DNA of 63,404 nt, the filler included, from Elsinoe ampelina (taxonomy: Eukaryota), in the NCBI GenBank assembly GCA_010093995.1. It is 10 parts of 9 records of this genome, joined end to end, with 100 filler letters (N's around TTAATTAATTAA, not from the genome) between each part and the next. Parts side by side here need not be neighbours in the genome. Positions count along the whole stretch, not along the records: positions 1 to 11,452 come from ML992502.1; 9 more parts are not named here. The stretch is one strand, 5' to 3'. The position numbers and the translations under genes are program-made. This document shows, in pieces, positions 1 to 11,552 of this stretch (the stretch's first letter is position 1; each line of letters opens with the position of its first letter). The notes beneath the pieces are model-generated. The model was not told the DNA's origin, did no database searches, and saw nothing but the letters and a program-made list of their open reading frames with translations.

Positions 1-47
1 ATCTAGTTTAGTATCTAGTTTAGAATCTAGTTTAGAATCTAGTTTAG
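1..47. repeat. 12-bp tandem repeat (ATCTAGTTTAGW x ~4)
   Basis: Seen directly at window start; unit length is a codon multiple, probably within the Copia integrase-RT linker. Confidence 0.7.
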
Positions 48-961
48 TAGCCGAACTAGATACTATCTTAGACTCTAAGTTAGAACAATCTAGATTAAGA
101 GCTAAGTCTATCTTAGTAGCTAGATATAAGATAAGGGTCACCCTATTACACTAGATTAGTTACTACCTCTATTAGACTAATTAGATAAGGCTATTCTAGA
201 TCTAAACCTAGCTTAGATCTAGGAATCTTTACTAAATAAATAGTTCTTTAATGCTCTAGCCTTACTACTATCTATAGTAGTATAGCTATCTCCTCTACTA
301 CTAGGAGGAGATAAAGCTAAAGGAGATAAAATAGAAGTTTAGACTAAAGAGATAGTTAAAGCTTAGCCTAAGTAACCCCCTTAAAGAATTACTATAAAGT
401 TAACTAACCTTCTTCTTAAATATATCTTTATAATAAGAAGAATAAGAAAACTAAGAAGGTAAGTATATATTACTACCCTTATATAAATTAATAAGGCTCC
501 TAGATATTACTAAGCCTTTAATACTTATCTATTAATAACACTAACTTAGCCTAAGCTAGAATTAAGAGATAATCTTCTACTACTACTAGCTAATATTAGA
601 GAACTTAAGGCTTATTCTTATAAGAAGCAATTTTAAGAGGCTATAAAGGTTAAATTACTTACTTTACACTTAAAACATATATAGACTATTATACTAGTAG
701 CTTAAGCTACTAGTAAGCCTATCTCTTTAATATAGGTATTTACCTATAAAGTTAATAACAAAGGAAAAGTTATAAAGCATAAAGTAAAAGTCTATATAAG
801 AAATAATCTCTAATTAATAGAATCTAAGACTTATATAGTAACTCTAGCAGCTAAGATCTTTAGAATGCTTATAGTATTACTTGCTTATAAAGATATAAAG
901 GCTATTTAGATAGATGTTATTAATACCTATATTAATAGTCCTATTAATAAGACTATCTACT
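1..961 (+). mobile_element. RIP-degraded Ty1/Copia retrotransposon fragment (family C1), reverse-transcriptase N-terminal part; cut by G1 LTR at 962
   Basis: Reversing RIP at ~735-960 gives WVFTYK..KHKARVCVRGDLQ..TYAATLAAKIFR..AIQMDVINAYINS, the Copia RVT_2 motif order; many TAA/TAG stops. Confidence 0.85.
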
Positions 962-1424
962 TGTTACGAACTGTCTAAATATAGCCTACGCTAGTAGTCT
1001 AAGCTAAGCTAAGAACGAGGTAGTTCTACTTCTATAGTAGTATAGTACTAAGGTAAGAGTTAGAGAAGGTATGTCTTATAGATAATAAAGTACAATTAGA
1101 TAGTATTATAAAGGCTAGCCTTAGTAATACTAGTGTTTGCTATCTAGACGAGGTTAACTATAGTACTTATATAAGGTAAGGACTATTCCTATATATATAT
1201 GTTCTTTACTATGTACTTTATATGCTCTATATACTCTATAGTAAGAGTCGGGAGCAATATAGAGTACACGTCCGCTAGTGACCTATATACTCTATAGTTT
1301 CTAGAGTAGAGCTACTAGAGAAGATAGAGAACTAGGTAAATATCGGGCTAGGTTACGTAATAACCTTAGTAGTTTAATTAGTCCTAACATCTCTACACTC
1401 TAGCTGTCTTACTAGTTTATAATA
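962..1424 (-). repeat. G1 3' LTR (463 bp)
   Basis: TGTTACGAAC...GTTTATAATA (RIPed GTTCGTAACA) terminal inverted repeat; matches 7523-7985. Confidence 0.92.
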
Positions 1425-1498
1425 TTACTTTTCTCCTTTAATCGAGTTGTTCTAATAAGTAAGTATTCTTTCTTGTCTTTATGCGCTATATACTAAAT

Positions 1499-2046
1499 AT
1501 GCCTTCTAGTTATCGAAGGTATAGTAAATCTAGTATATCTATACGAAAGAACCTCTTAGAGTTTATTAAATTATTTAGAACTAATATACTATAAGCCTAC
1601 TCTTGTTACAAGTTAAAAGGGCTAGACTATAAAGTCTATATTCGGTTAGGTATTTATAGCTAGTATATTGTAAGTAACTACTTAGGTTATAATATTTAAG
1701 TAACAAAATCGGAATAGTAGCGTCTCTAGTCTAAGTATATTTATTTATAAAAGGAATTAGTTATAGCTAAGGCTACTAGAAAGGAAGCTAAAGAAGCTTA
1801 TAAAAAGGCAAAAGAGGCTTATTAAAGAGCTATAGGTAATAAGCTTCGCCTATATAAAGAGATATAAAAATTAAAAAATAAGGCAAAGAAAGTAATTTCC
1901 CTAGAGAAAACCCGTATTTAAGTTCTAGAGTAAGAGGAAATACTATTATTAGTAGATCCTATTCTACTATAGGATTAGTAATTATTTATGCCTAACTCTA
2001 ATTAGAGTTTCTTATTCAGTAATAATTAGAGTACTTCTATTAGCTA
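1499..2046 (+). pseudogene. RIP-destroyed antisense accessory ORF of G1: putative Zn2Cys6 cluster + coiled coil (3' end approximate)
   Basis: ATG at 1499 conserved in copies at 55431 and 62644; in-frame stops are TAA/TAG types expected from RIP of CAR/TGG/CGA; TAY codons at positions 34,37,44,53,56,64 revert to Cys with Zn2Cys6 spacing; followed by K/E/A-rich helical segment. Confidence 0.7.
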
Positions 2047-2109
2047 GGTAGTCTTTCTTAGGCGTTCTTATTTTTGTTTAGTATTAGTAGTATCGGGCCT
2101 ACCTAGTTA

Positions 2110-5100
2110 GTTTACTTAGAATAGGTTTTTAGTCTAGTAATCTAGAATTACTTACGAGGTAAAGTGTTTCTCTAGTTCCTATATTGCCTTACTATACTAA
2201 TGTCCTTTCTAGTAGATAAGATAGTAATACTTTTCCTTTATAAATTTATAACGTAAAACTCTTTTAATCTTATACTATAGCTCTTATGTTTCTTTATCTA
2301 GTTTAATAGGTCTAGGCACTATATTCTATAGTACTTTCTCTAATAGTAATACGTAAAAGACTAGGTAGATCCTTATATATCTAGGTAGTTCTAGTTTATA
2401 TACGTTTTTGTTTTTCTTTTCTAGGATCTTAAAGAGTCCTAGTTTAGTATAGTTAAGTTTCTTACTTAGTTGTTTTATTTTAATGTTTTTACTAAGGAGA
2501 TAAACTTTCTCTCTCTCCTATAGAATTAGTCCTATAATTCTCTTCTAGTTAGTAAACTCTACTATCCTTTGTAATATAAATACTATATTATAGTATAGCT
2601 AGTTGTATAGTTTCTTAATGTTAGCTACTAATATATTAGTATCCTTAGATATTAGCTTAATTCTAAGTATGTTATAGTATAGATCTAAGTGTATTCTATA
2701 GTTTGTATAGAATAGTAAAATTCTATTTACTAACTTTCTATTATTAATAGCAAGCTCTATAAGTAGTAATAGTGTTACCTATAAGTCTTACTTATAGTTT
2801 AGGTAGCATTATAGGTACTACTCTAGTACTTAATTTACCTATTCTATTTATCCGTCTATTTATAGATAAAAGAAGGTTAATAGCTTATGTTTAACTCCTA
2901 GTAGGTCTATAAATAATTACTAGAATTATAACGTAAATAGCTTATCTCTATTAGTTATTAGGTCTCGTAGTACTCTATATTATAAAACAATTATTCGAAG
3001 GAAGGTAAAGGCTATATCCTCGGTAGTTACTATTATCTTATATAGTATAAAGTAGTAATACTTCGTAAACCTATCTACTAGAACTAGAATGCTATTATAC
3101 TTTATACCTATAAGAGGTTCTTCTAATAGTAGTAGAGGTTCTATAAAGTCTATCGTAACTAATTACTATAGTTTATTTAGTAGTAGCAAGGGTTATAATA
3201 GCTTATATAGCTTGTGTTATAAGTGCTTAGACTTATAGCATATATCGTATATAGTAATATATATCTTAATATTGTTTCGGAGTCCTTTCTATAGGTAGTT
3301 TTATATAATAAGTTTAATAGTCTTATTAATTCTACTATGCCCTACTATTAGGTCGTTATAGTATATTTAAATAACTTCTTTCTTCTATTCTTATATAAGC
3401 TCCTAGGTAAGGCTATATAACTACTCTACCTTCGGGTACTTATAGACTAAAGTGTCGTCTTACTACTTTAGTATAGAGGCCTCTATTATTGTTATATTCT
3501 TTAAGTAATCCGGTTGTCGGCTAAGAGCGTCTACTCTACTATTCTCTAATTCCTTAATATAGTAGATCTAAAAGTTGTAGCTTATAAGTGTTTCTAACTA
3601 TTAAACCTATTATCTATTAAGAACCTTAGTTATTGTCTAATATAATAGGTTCTTATAGTTAGTATAGACTTATATAGGTAAGGTTATTTCTTCTAGATAT
3701 ACCTTCTACTTGCGGAATGCCTCTATAATTGTAAGTAACTCCTTATTATATATATTATAGTTAAGTTTAGATCTAGTTATTTTTCGTAAGTAGTATATAA
3801 TTAGGTAGTATTATTCTTCTACGTCCTTCTACGCTAGACTTACTTCTATTACAAAGTCTAAGGTATCTATTTCTAGTAGTGCTTATTAGTCTAGGTCGAA
3901 GAGTACTAGGATAGGTACTATTATAAGTCTAAGCTTTAGCTTCTTAAAGGCCTACCTATACTTTTCGTTAAAGACAAAACTAGTTCCTTTCTTCGTAAGG
4001 TTAGATATTAGTATAGCTACCTTAGAGAATCCTTTAACAAATTTATAATAGTAGTTAAAGAATCCTAGTAGTGCTTAAACCTCCTTAACTATAGTAAGTT
4101 CCGGCTAGTTATTTATTAACTTAATCTTCTTTAGATTAGGTTTAATACTATTAGTAGATATAATATAGCTTAGAAATTATATCTTATATTTGTAAAACTT
4201 ATACTTAAAGAGCTTTACTAGTAGGTCTTTTTCTTTTAGTTTCTATAGTACCTTATAAATATGTCCTACATGTTTATTATATATCTTTAAGAAGATAATA
4301 ATATTATCTAAATATGCTAAGATAAAGTTATTAAGGTATTCTTATAGAGTATTATTAATTAACTCTTAGAAGGTTATAGAAGTATTAGTTAACCTAAAGA
4401 GTATAATAAGGTACTTATATAGACTCTATTATATCCTAAAAGCCATTTTTTACTCCTTACTCTCCTTTATTTATACTTAATAATAGACGTCTCTAATATT
4501 AATTATAGTAAACTATTTAGCTCTAAGTAGTTAGTCTTAAAGTTTGTTAATCCTTAGTAGGGAATAGTAATTCTTTCTAGTAAGTACATTAAGTTTCTAG
4601 TAATTAATACATATTTGTAATATTCTATTCTTTTTAGATATAAAAAGTACTTTGTATGTAATAGGTAATTTTAATAGTCGTATAAATCCTTTAAGTAGGT
4701 GCTTATTAATATAGTTCTTAAGGACGTTCTTCTCTTATTTCGATAGTAGTATAAGACCTTAATAGTGTATTAGGGATTTACTCTCTTTAAAAGGTATTTT
4801 ATAATTCTATAGTTTATGTTAGAGTAAGGCTATAATGTCTTTTCTTTCTTTAAATAAGTCCTTAAAGTCTTTATATTCTAGTAGAAGTACTTAATTACTT
4901 ACGCTAGCGATAGCTCTAACTATTAGTTATACCTATACTATTCTTATAGTTAGTATCTATAGAGCTAATTATACTCTCTATGTTCTATAATTATACTTAG
5001 GGATTTCGAGTGTTTCTTTAATCTAGTCTATGTCTAGATTATGTTATTAAAGCTAGTCTATACTAAGTACTATATTATACTATATATTAACTATATTAAT

Positions 5101-5420
5101 TAATTATTTTTCCGTATATGTCTCGATTTTAATTATAACATTTCGTAGTTTCTAAGTAACTTTCCTATTCTTTTCTATAGGGGTTCTATCTACTATAGTA
5201 AGTAAGTAAGGTAACTCCTTTTAATATTAATAAGGTTTAAGCTAATTAGTAACTATTATAGAGATATAGCTATAGTTAGCTTCTAAATCTATTATTGCTC
5301 TTACCTTATTCTCTTATATTTTAATTTCTAGTATAAAGTAGTTTAACATGTAGATCTTTATTATATTAAGGCTTTAGCTAGTGTTATTATCTTACCTTAT
5401 TAGGCGATAACTAGCTAGTT
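2110..5420 (-). pseudogene. pol: G1 pol (protease-RT-RNase H-integrase-chromodomain), RIP-inactivated; ends approximate
   Basis: Gypsy domain order PR-RT-RH-IN-CHD read from de-RIPed motifs; IDSGA is intact in copy B (~9105-9122). Confidence 0.88.
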
Positions 5421-7420
5421 TTTTGTTATTATAGCCTCTTAGATAAGTAGCTAATTCCTTCTCGTACGTATCTACTATTAGTACTATACCTATTAGGCTA
5501 GTTATGTCTTGTCGCTATTCGATATAGTAAGGTAGACTTCTAGCGCTTAAGTCCCTTAATAACTATAAAGTCTAATAATTCTCTACTAATTATACTAAGT
5601 AATATTATATACCTATATTAGTATAACTATTCTCTCTAGATAGAGCTAGGTATTTATATTAAAGATAAATACGAGTTAAGTAGATTTATCTTATTGTGTT
5701 CTATTCTAGTAGTAGGTATATATTATTATATAGTTTCTCTATATTCCTATAAGGTATACCTTAAGTTGTCTACCTAGTAGTAGTACGTTATTATTGTTAT
5801 TGTTAGATAAATCCTTATCTATGTTATTATATTATAGTTGTTTAGTGTATTCTTTGCTATATTTCTCTTCGTCGCTACTACCCCTAGTATAGTTACAATT
5901 AGTAAAGCTATACTAAGTATATTCCCTTACTTAGCTATAGAGGATAGTACTACCTATCTCGATTACTAAGAAGTCTATAGTGTATTTAAGACTAATAGTG
6001 TCTTCTCTAAGTATATTATATAAGTAGATAGTATAGTACTATTTGTAATTTAGATTTATATACTTCTAGAGCGATATATAATATACCTTTCCTTATAGTT
6101 TACTATAAGAGCTAAAGGTAAGACTACTATATTATTATATAGTACTTACGTCCTAATACTTCGTTTTAATAATCGTATATTAGTAATTATCGCTAACTAC
6201 CTTCTAAGGTCGGTTAATGTTACTACTAATTATAGAGAGCTCTTCTAGGTTAGGTTCCTAGTCTAGCTATTTCGTTAGTTACCTACGCTTAGGTAGCTTA
6301 TATAGAAACTAACTAGATTCTTACTTATCTAATAAGTAAATATAACAAGAGTTATTATAATATACTATCTATAATAGCATTATATATTAGCTTTGTCGTT
6401 TTTTGCTGTTAGTTATAGAGATATTAAGTGTAATATCTAGAGAGAATTCTCTTACCTCTCGAGTTGTTATAGACTTCTTTTATGTTTCCTTACCTACGCT
6501 AAAGGTCGTTAGGTCTTCTATAGTAGTGTTAGCCTTTTTCTCTACTAGCCTAGTAACTATTATATATAATCTATTAGCTAGCGCCTCTTATTAGTAGTCC
6601 CTAGCTCGATGCTTAGGTCTTTTATATTTAAAATATAAGTTGTCTTATCTATACTTCTCTCTCTCTTTTCTACTAAGGAACTTTCCTCTATAGCTATAGC
6701 CTTATACCTATAAGGGGTAGCCTTTGCGTATAGTATTAAGTTCTATAGAGTCTCTATAGTTTCGAGAGAAACGCGTATATCTAGTATTTACCTTATATCC
6801 TCTATAATGTTCTATATGTTATTTATAAAGTTAATTATTAATAGTAATTATAGTATCTACTAGTTCTTAAAGGCTATTAGGCAGCTTAAGTATTATTTAG
6901 TCTTTAACCGAGTCGCTTAGTTCTTAGTAGAATACTAAATGTTTAGCACTATTATTCTAGTCTAGGTACATTACAAGTTATTAGAACTAGGAATAGTACT
7001 AGGCTATAGACCTACGTTATTATAGTTGTTAGATCTTCGTTATAGCGACACGTTCCTTATTAGATACGTTAAAGACTTACTTAATCTTTGCCTAGAAGAT
7101 ACTAAAGCTCTTAAAGATAGCCTTTATATCTAGGCTTAGGTATCTATCTAGGTAGCTACTTATATAAGGCTTAAACTACCCGAAGGTAGCGCCTTTTAGG
7201 TGTATCCCGGCATAGAGGACCTTTACTACATCGTTAGTGTACTTATCTCTCTCTAGAGCGAAGAAGACTTTAAGTTAAATAAGAAAGCGCCTTAAGTAGG
7301 CGTAGTCCCTATAGAAGAGTTCTACCTTTAACTTAGACTTACTCTATTCTTTCTCTATACTAAGAGACCTTCTATATTTGCCCGAGGTTAAACTAGTAAT
7401 AGATATATTATTAATAGTAA
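5415..7420 (-). pseudogene. gag: G1 gag, RIP-inactivated, with long C-terminal extension; start approximate
   Basis: De-RIPed ELFHGDRAHLRRFLIQL, AFGWFEPY, FYQGLSDSVKD, YGDPMELD and CFxCGRPGHRARDC; ends at AAAAAAC-TAG. Confidence 0.8.
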
Positions 7421-7522
7421 GCTTTCCTAGCTTACTAGTAATTAAAGATACTAATAGTAACTTAGAGTAAGAGTTACTTATTAACCTTATAGCGTGCTAT
7501 ACTATAGTAAGGGTAGTTAAAA

Positions 7523-7985
7523 TGTTATAAACTGTCTAAATATAGCCTACACTAGTAGTCTAAGCTAAGCTAAGAACAAGGTAGTTCTACTTCTATAGTA
7601 GTATAGTACTAAGGTAAGAGTTAGAGAAGGTATATCTTATAGATAATAAAGTATAATTAGATAGTATTATAAAGGCTAGCCTTAGTAATACTAGTGTTTA
7701 CTATCTCAATAAGGTTAACTATAGTACTTATATAAGGTAAGGACTATTTCTATATATATATATTCTTTACTATATGCTCTATATGCTCTATATACTCTAT
7801 AGCGAGAGTTAGGGGCAACATAGAGTATACGTCTACTAGTAACCTATATACTCTATAGTCTCTAGAGTAGAGCTACTAGAGAGGATAAAGAACTAAGTAA
7901 ACGTCAAGCTAGGTTACGTAATAACCTTAGTAGTTTAATTAGTCCTAACGTCCCTACGCTCTAGCTGTTCTACTAGTTCGTAACA
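7523..7985 (-). repeat. G1 5' LTR (463 bp)
   Basis: TGTTATAAAC...GTTCGTAACA; near-identical to 962-1424 apart from transitions. Confidence 0.93.
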
Positions 7986-10900
7986 ATATAATATAGCCTA
8001 GAAATTGTATCTTGTGTTTATAAAACTTATACTTAGAGAGCTTTACTAGTAGGTCTTTTTCTTTTAGTTTCTATAGTACTTTATAAACATGTCCTATATG
8101 TTTGTTATACGTCTTTAAGAAGATAATAATATTATCTAAATATACTAAGACAAAGTTATTAAGGTATTCTTATAGAGTGTTATTAATTAACTCTTAGAAG
8201 GTTATAGAAGCGTTAGTTAACCTAAAGAGTATAACGAGGTACTTGTATAAACTCTATTATATTCTAAAAGCTATTTTCTACTCCTTACTCTTCTTTATTT
8301 ATACTTAATAATAGGCGTCTCTAATATTAATTGTAGTAAACTATTTAGCTCTAAGTAGTTAGTCTTAAAGTTTATTAATCCTTAGTAGGGAATAGTAATT
8401 CTTCCTAGTAAGTGTATTAAGTTTCTAGTAATTAATATATATTTATAATGTTCTATCCTTTTTAGGTATAAAAAGCACTTCGTATATAATAGGTAATTTT
8501 AATAGTCGTATAAATCCTTTAAGTAAGTACTTATTAATATAGTTCTTAAGAATATTCTTCTCTTGTTTTAATAGTAGTATAAGACCTTAGTAGTATATTA
8601 GGGATTTACTCTCTTTAAAAGGTATTTTGTAATTCTATAGTTTATATTAAAGTAAGGCTATAATACCTTTCCTTTCTTTAAATAAGTTCTTAAAGTCTTT
8701 ATATTCCGGTAGAAGTACTTAATTACTTACGCTAGTAATAGCTCTAACTATTAGTCGTATCTATACTGTCTTTATAGTTAGTATCTATAGAGCTAATTAT
8801 ACTTTCTATATTCTATAATTATACTTAGAGAATTTAAGTGTTTCTTTAATCTAGTCTACGTCTAGATTATATTATTAAAGCTAGTCTATACTAAGTACTA
8901 TATTATACTACATATTAACTATATTAATTAATTGTTTTTCCGTATATATTTTAATTTAGATTATAACATTTTATAGTTCCTAAGTAACTTTCCTATTCTT
9001 CCCTATAAGAGTTCTATCTACTATAGTAAGTAAGTAAGGTAACTCCTTCTAATGTTAATAAGGTTTAAGCTAATTAGTAACTATTATAGAGACGTAGCTA
9101 TAGTTAGCTCCCGAATCTATTATTACTCTTACCTTATTTTCTTATATCTAGACTTCTAGTATAAAGTAATTTAATATATAGATCTTTATTATACTAAGGC
9201 TTTAGCTAGTATTATTGTCTTATCTTATTAGGTAATAACTAGCTAGTTTTTTATTATTATAGCTCCTTAGATAAGTAGCTAATTCCTTTCTATACGTATC
9301 TACTATTAGTACTATATCTATTAGACGAGTTATGTTTTATTACTATTTAATATAGCGAGGTAAACTTCTAGCGCCTAAGTCCCTTAGTAACTATAAAGTC
9401 TAATAATTCTCTACTAGTTATACTAAGTAGTATTATACACCTATATTAGTATAACTATTCCCTCTAGGTATAGCTAGGCGTTAGTATTAAAGACAAAAGT
9501 AAGTTATGTAGATTTGTCTTATTATGTCCTATTCTAGTAGTAGATATATATTATTATATAATTCCTCTATATCTCTATAAGGTATACTTTAAGTTGCCTA
9601 CCTAGTAGTAGTACGTTATTGTCGTTAGATAAGCTCTTATCTATGTTATTATACTACTATTATTTAGTGTATTTCTCGTTGTATTTCCCTTTATTACTAC
9701 TATCCCTAGCGTAGTTATAGTTAGTAAGGCTACACTAAGTATACTCTTATACTTAGCTATAAGGAATAGTACTACCTATTTCGATTACTAAGAAGTCTAT
9801 AGCATATTTAAGACTAATAGTATCTTCTCTAAGTATATCGTGTAAGTAGATAGTATAGTACTACTTATAATCTAGATTTATACATTTCTAAAGCGATATA
9901 TAATATGCTTTTCCTTATAGTACGCTATAAGGGCTAAAGGTAAAGCTACTATATTATTGTATAGCACTTGTGTTCTAATACTTCGTCTTGATAATTGTAT
10001 ATTAGTAATTGTCGCTAACTATCTTCTAAGGTTAGTTAATATTACTACTAATTATAAAGAGCTCTTTCGGGTTAGGTTCCTAGTCTAGCTATTTCGTTAG
10101 CTACCTACGCTTAGATAGCTTATATAGAAACTAACTAGATCCCTACTTGTCTAATAAGTAAATATAATAAGAGTTATTATAATATACTATCTATAATAGC
10201 GTTACGTATTAGCTTTATTATTTGCTATTAGTTATAGAGATATTAAGCATAATATCTAGAGAGAATTCTATTACTTCTTAAGTTATTATAGACTTCTTCT
10301 ATATTTCCTTACCTACGCTAAAGGTCGTTAGGTCTTCTATAGTAGTATTAGCCTTTTTTTCTACTAGCCTAGTAACTATTATATATAATCTATCGGCTAG
10401 CGCCCCTTATTAGTAGTCCCTAGCCTAATGTCTAGGTCTTTTATATTTAAAACATAGATTGTCTTATCTATACTTCTCTCTCTCTTTTCTACTAAGGAAC
10501 TTTCCTCTATAGCCGCGGCCTTATACCTATAAGGAGTAGCCTTTACGTATAGTATTAAGTTCTATAGAGTCTCTATAGTTTCGAGAGAAACGCATATATC
10601 TAGTATTTACCTTATATCCTCTATAACGCTCTATACGTCGTTTATAGAGTCTATTATTAATAGCAATTATAGTGTCTACTAGCTCCTAGAGGCTATTAGG
10701 CAGCTTAGGTATCATTTAGTCTTTAACTAAGTCGCTTAGTCCTTAGTAGAATACTAAATGTTTAGTACTATTATTCTAGTCTAGGTATATTACAAGTTGT
10801 TAGAACTAGAAATAGTACTAGGCTATAGACTCTTATTGTTATAGTTGTTAGATCTTTGTTATAGTAATATATTTCTTATTAGATATGTTAAAGACTTACT

Positions 10901-11452
10901 TAATCTTTGCCTAGAAGATACTAAAGCTCTTAAAGATAGCCTTTATATCTAGGCTTAGTTATCTATCTAGGTAGCTACTTATATAAGGCTTAAACTACCC
11001 AAAGGTAGCGCCTTTAAGGTGTATCCTAGTATAGAGGACCTTTACTATATCGTTAGTGTACTTTTCTCTCTTTAGAGTAAAGAAGGCTTTAAGTTAAATA
11101 AGGAAGTACCTTAAGTAGGCGTAGTCTCTATAGAAGAGTTTTACTTCTAACTTAGGCTTACTTCGTTCTTCCCCTATACTAAGAGACCTTCTATGTTTAC
11201 CCGAGGTTAAACTAGTAGTAGACATATTATTAATAGTAAGCTTCTCTAGCTTACTAGCGATTAAAGATACTAATAGTAACTTAGAGTAAGAGTTACTTAT
11301 TAACCTCGTAGCGTACTATACTATAGTAAGGGTAGTTAAAATGTTATAAACTGTCTAAATATAGCCTACACTAGTAGTCTAAGCTAAGCTAAGAACGAGG
11401 TAGTTCTACTTCTATAGTAGTATAGTACTAAGGTAAGAGTTAGAGAAGATAT
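7986..11452 (-). mobile_element. G1 copy B, truncated within RT; 5' LTR starts at 11342 and runs into gap
   Basis: Colinear with copy A ~4158-7630, differing mostly by C/T and G/A transitions. Confidence 0.92.
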
Positions 11453-11552
11453 NNNNNNNNNNNNNNNNNNNNNNNNNNNNNNNNNNNNNNNNNNNNTTAA
11501 TTAATTAANNNNNNNNNNNNNNNNNNNNNNNNNNNNNNNNNNNNNNNNNNNN

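Larger units (their letters stand above)
962..7985 (-). mobile_element. Full-length RIP-inactivated Ty3/Gypsy chromovirus, family G1 copy A (LTR-gag-pol-chromodomain-antisense ORF-LTR)
   Basis: Two 463-bp direct LTRs; minus-strand de-RIPed motifs: CCHC knuckle (~6600-6640), protease (~5280), MPFGLTNAP (~4380-4405), YLDD (~4300-4314), ETDASD (~3855-3875), integrase, chromodomain YLIHWKG..EATWEP (~2170-2225); polypurine tract at 1425-1440. Confidence 0.93.

Noticed and set aside
6403..6594. 63-aa plus-strand ORF
   Set aside because: Chance antisense frame inside RIPed G1 gag, TTG start.
11453..11552. TTAATTAATTAA within N-runs, repeated at most gaps
   Set aside because: Artificial contig linker with stops in all six frames; not biological.
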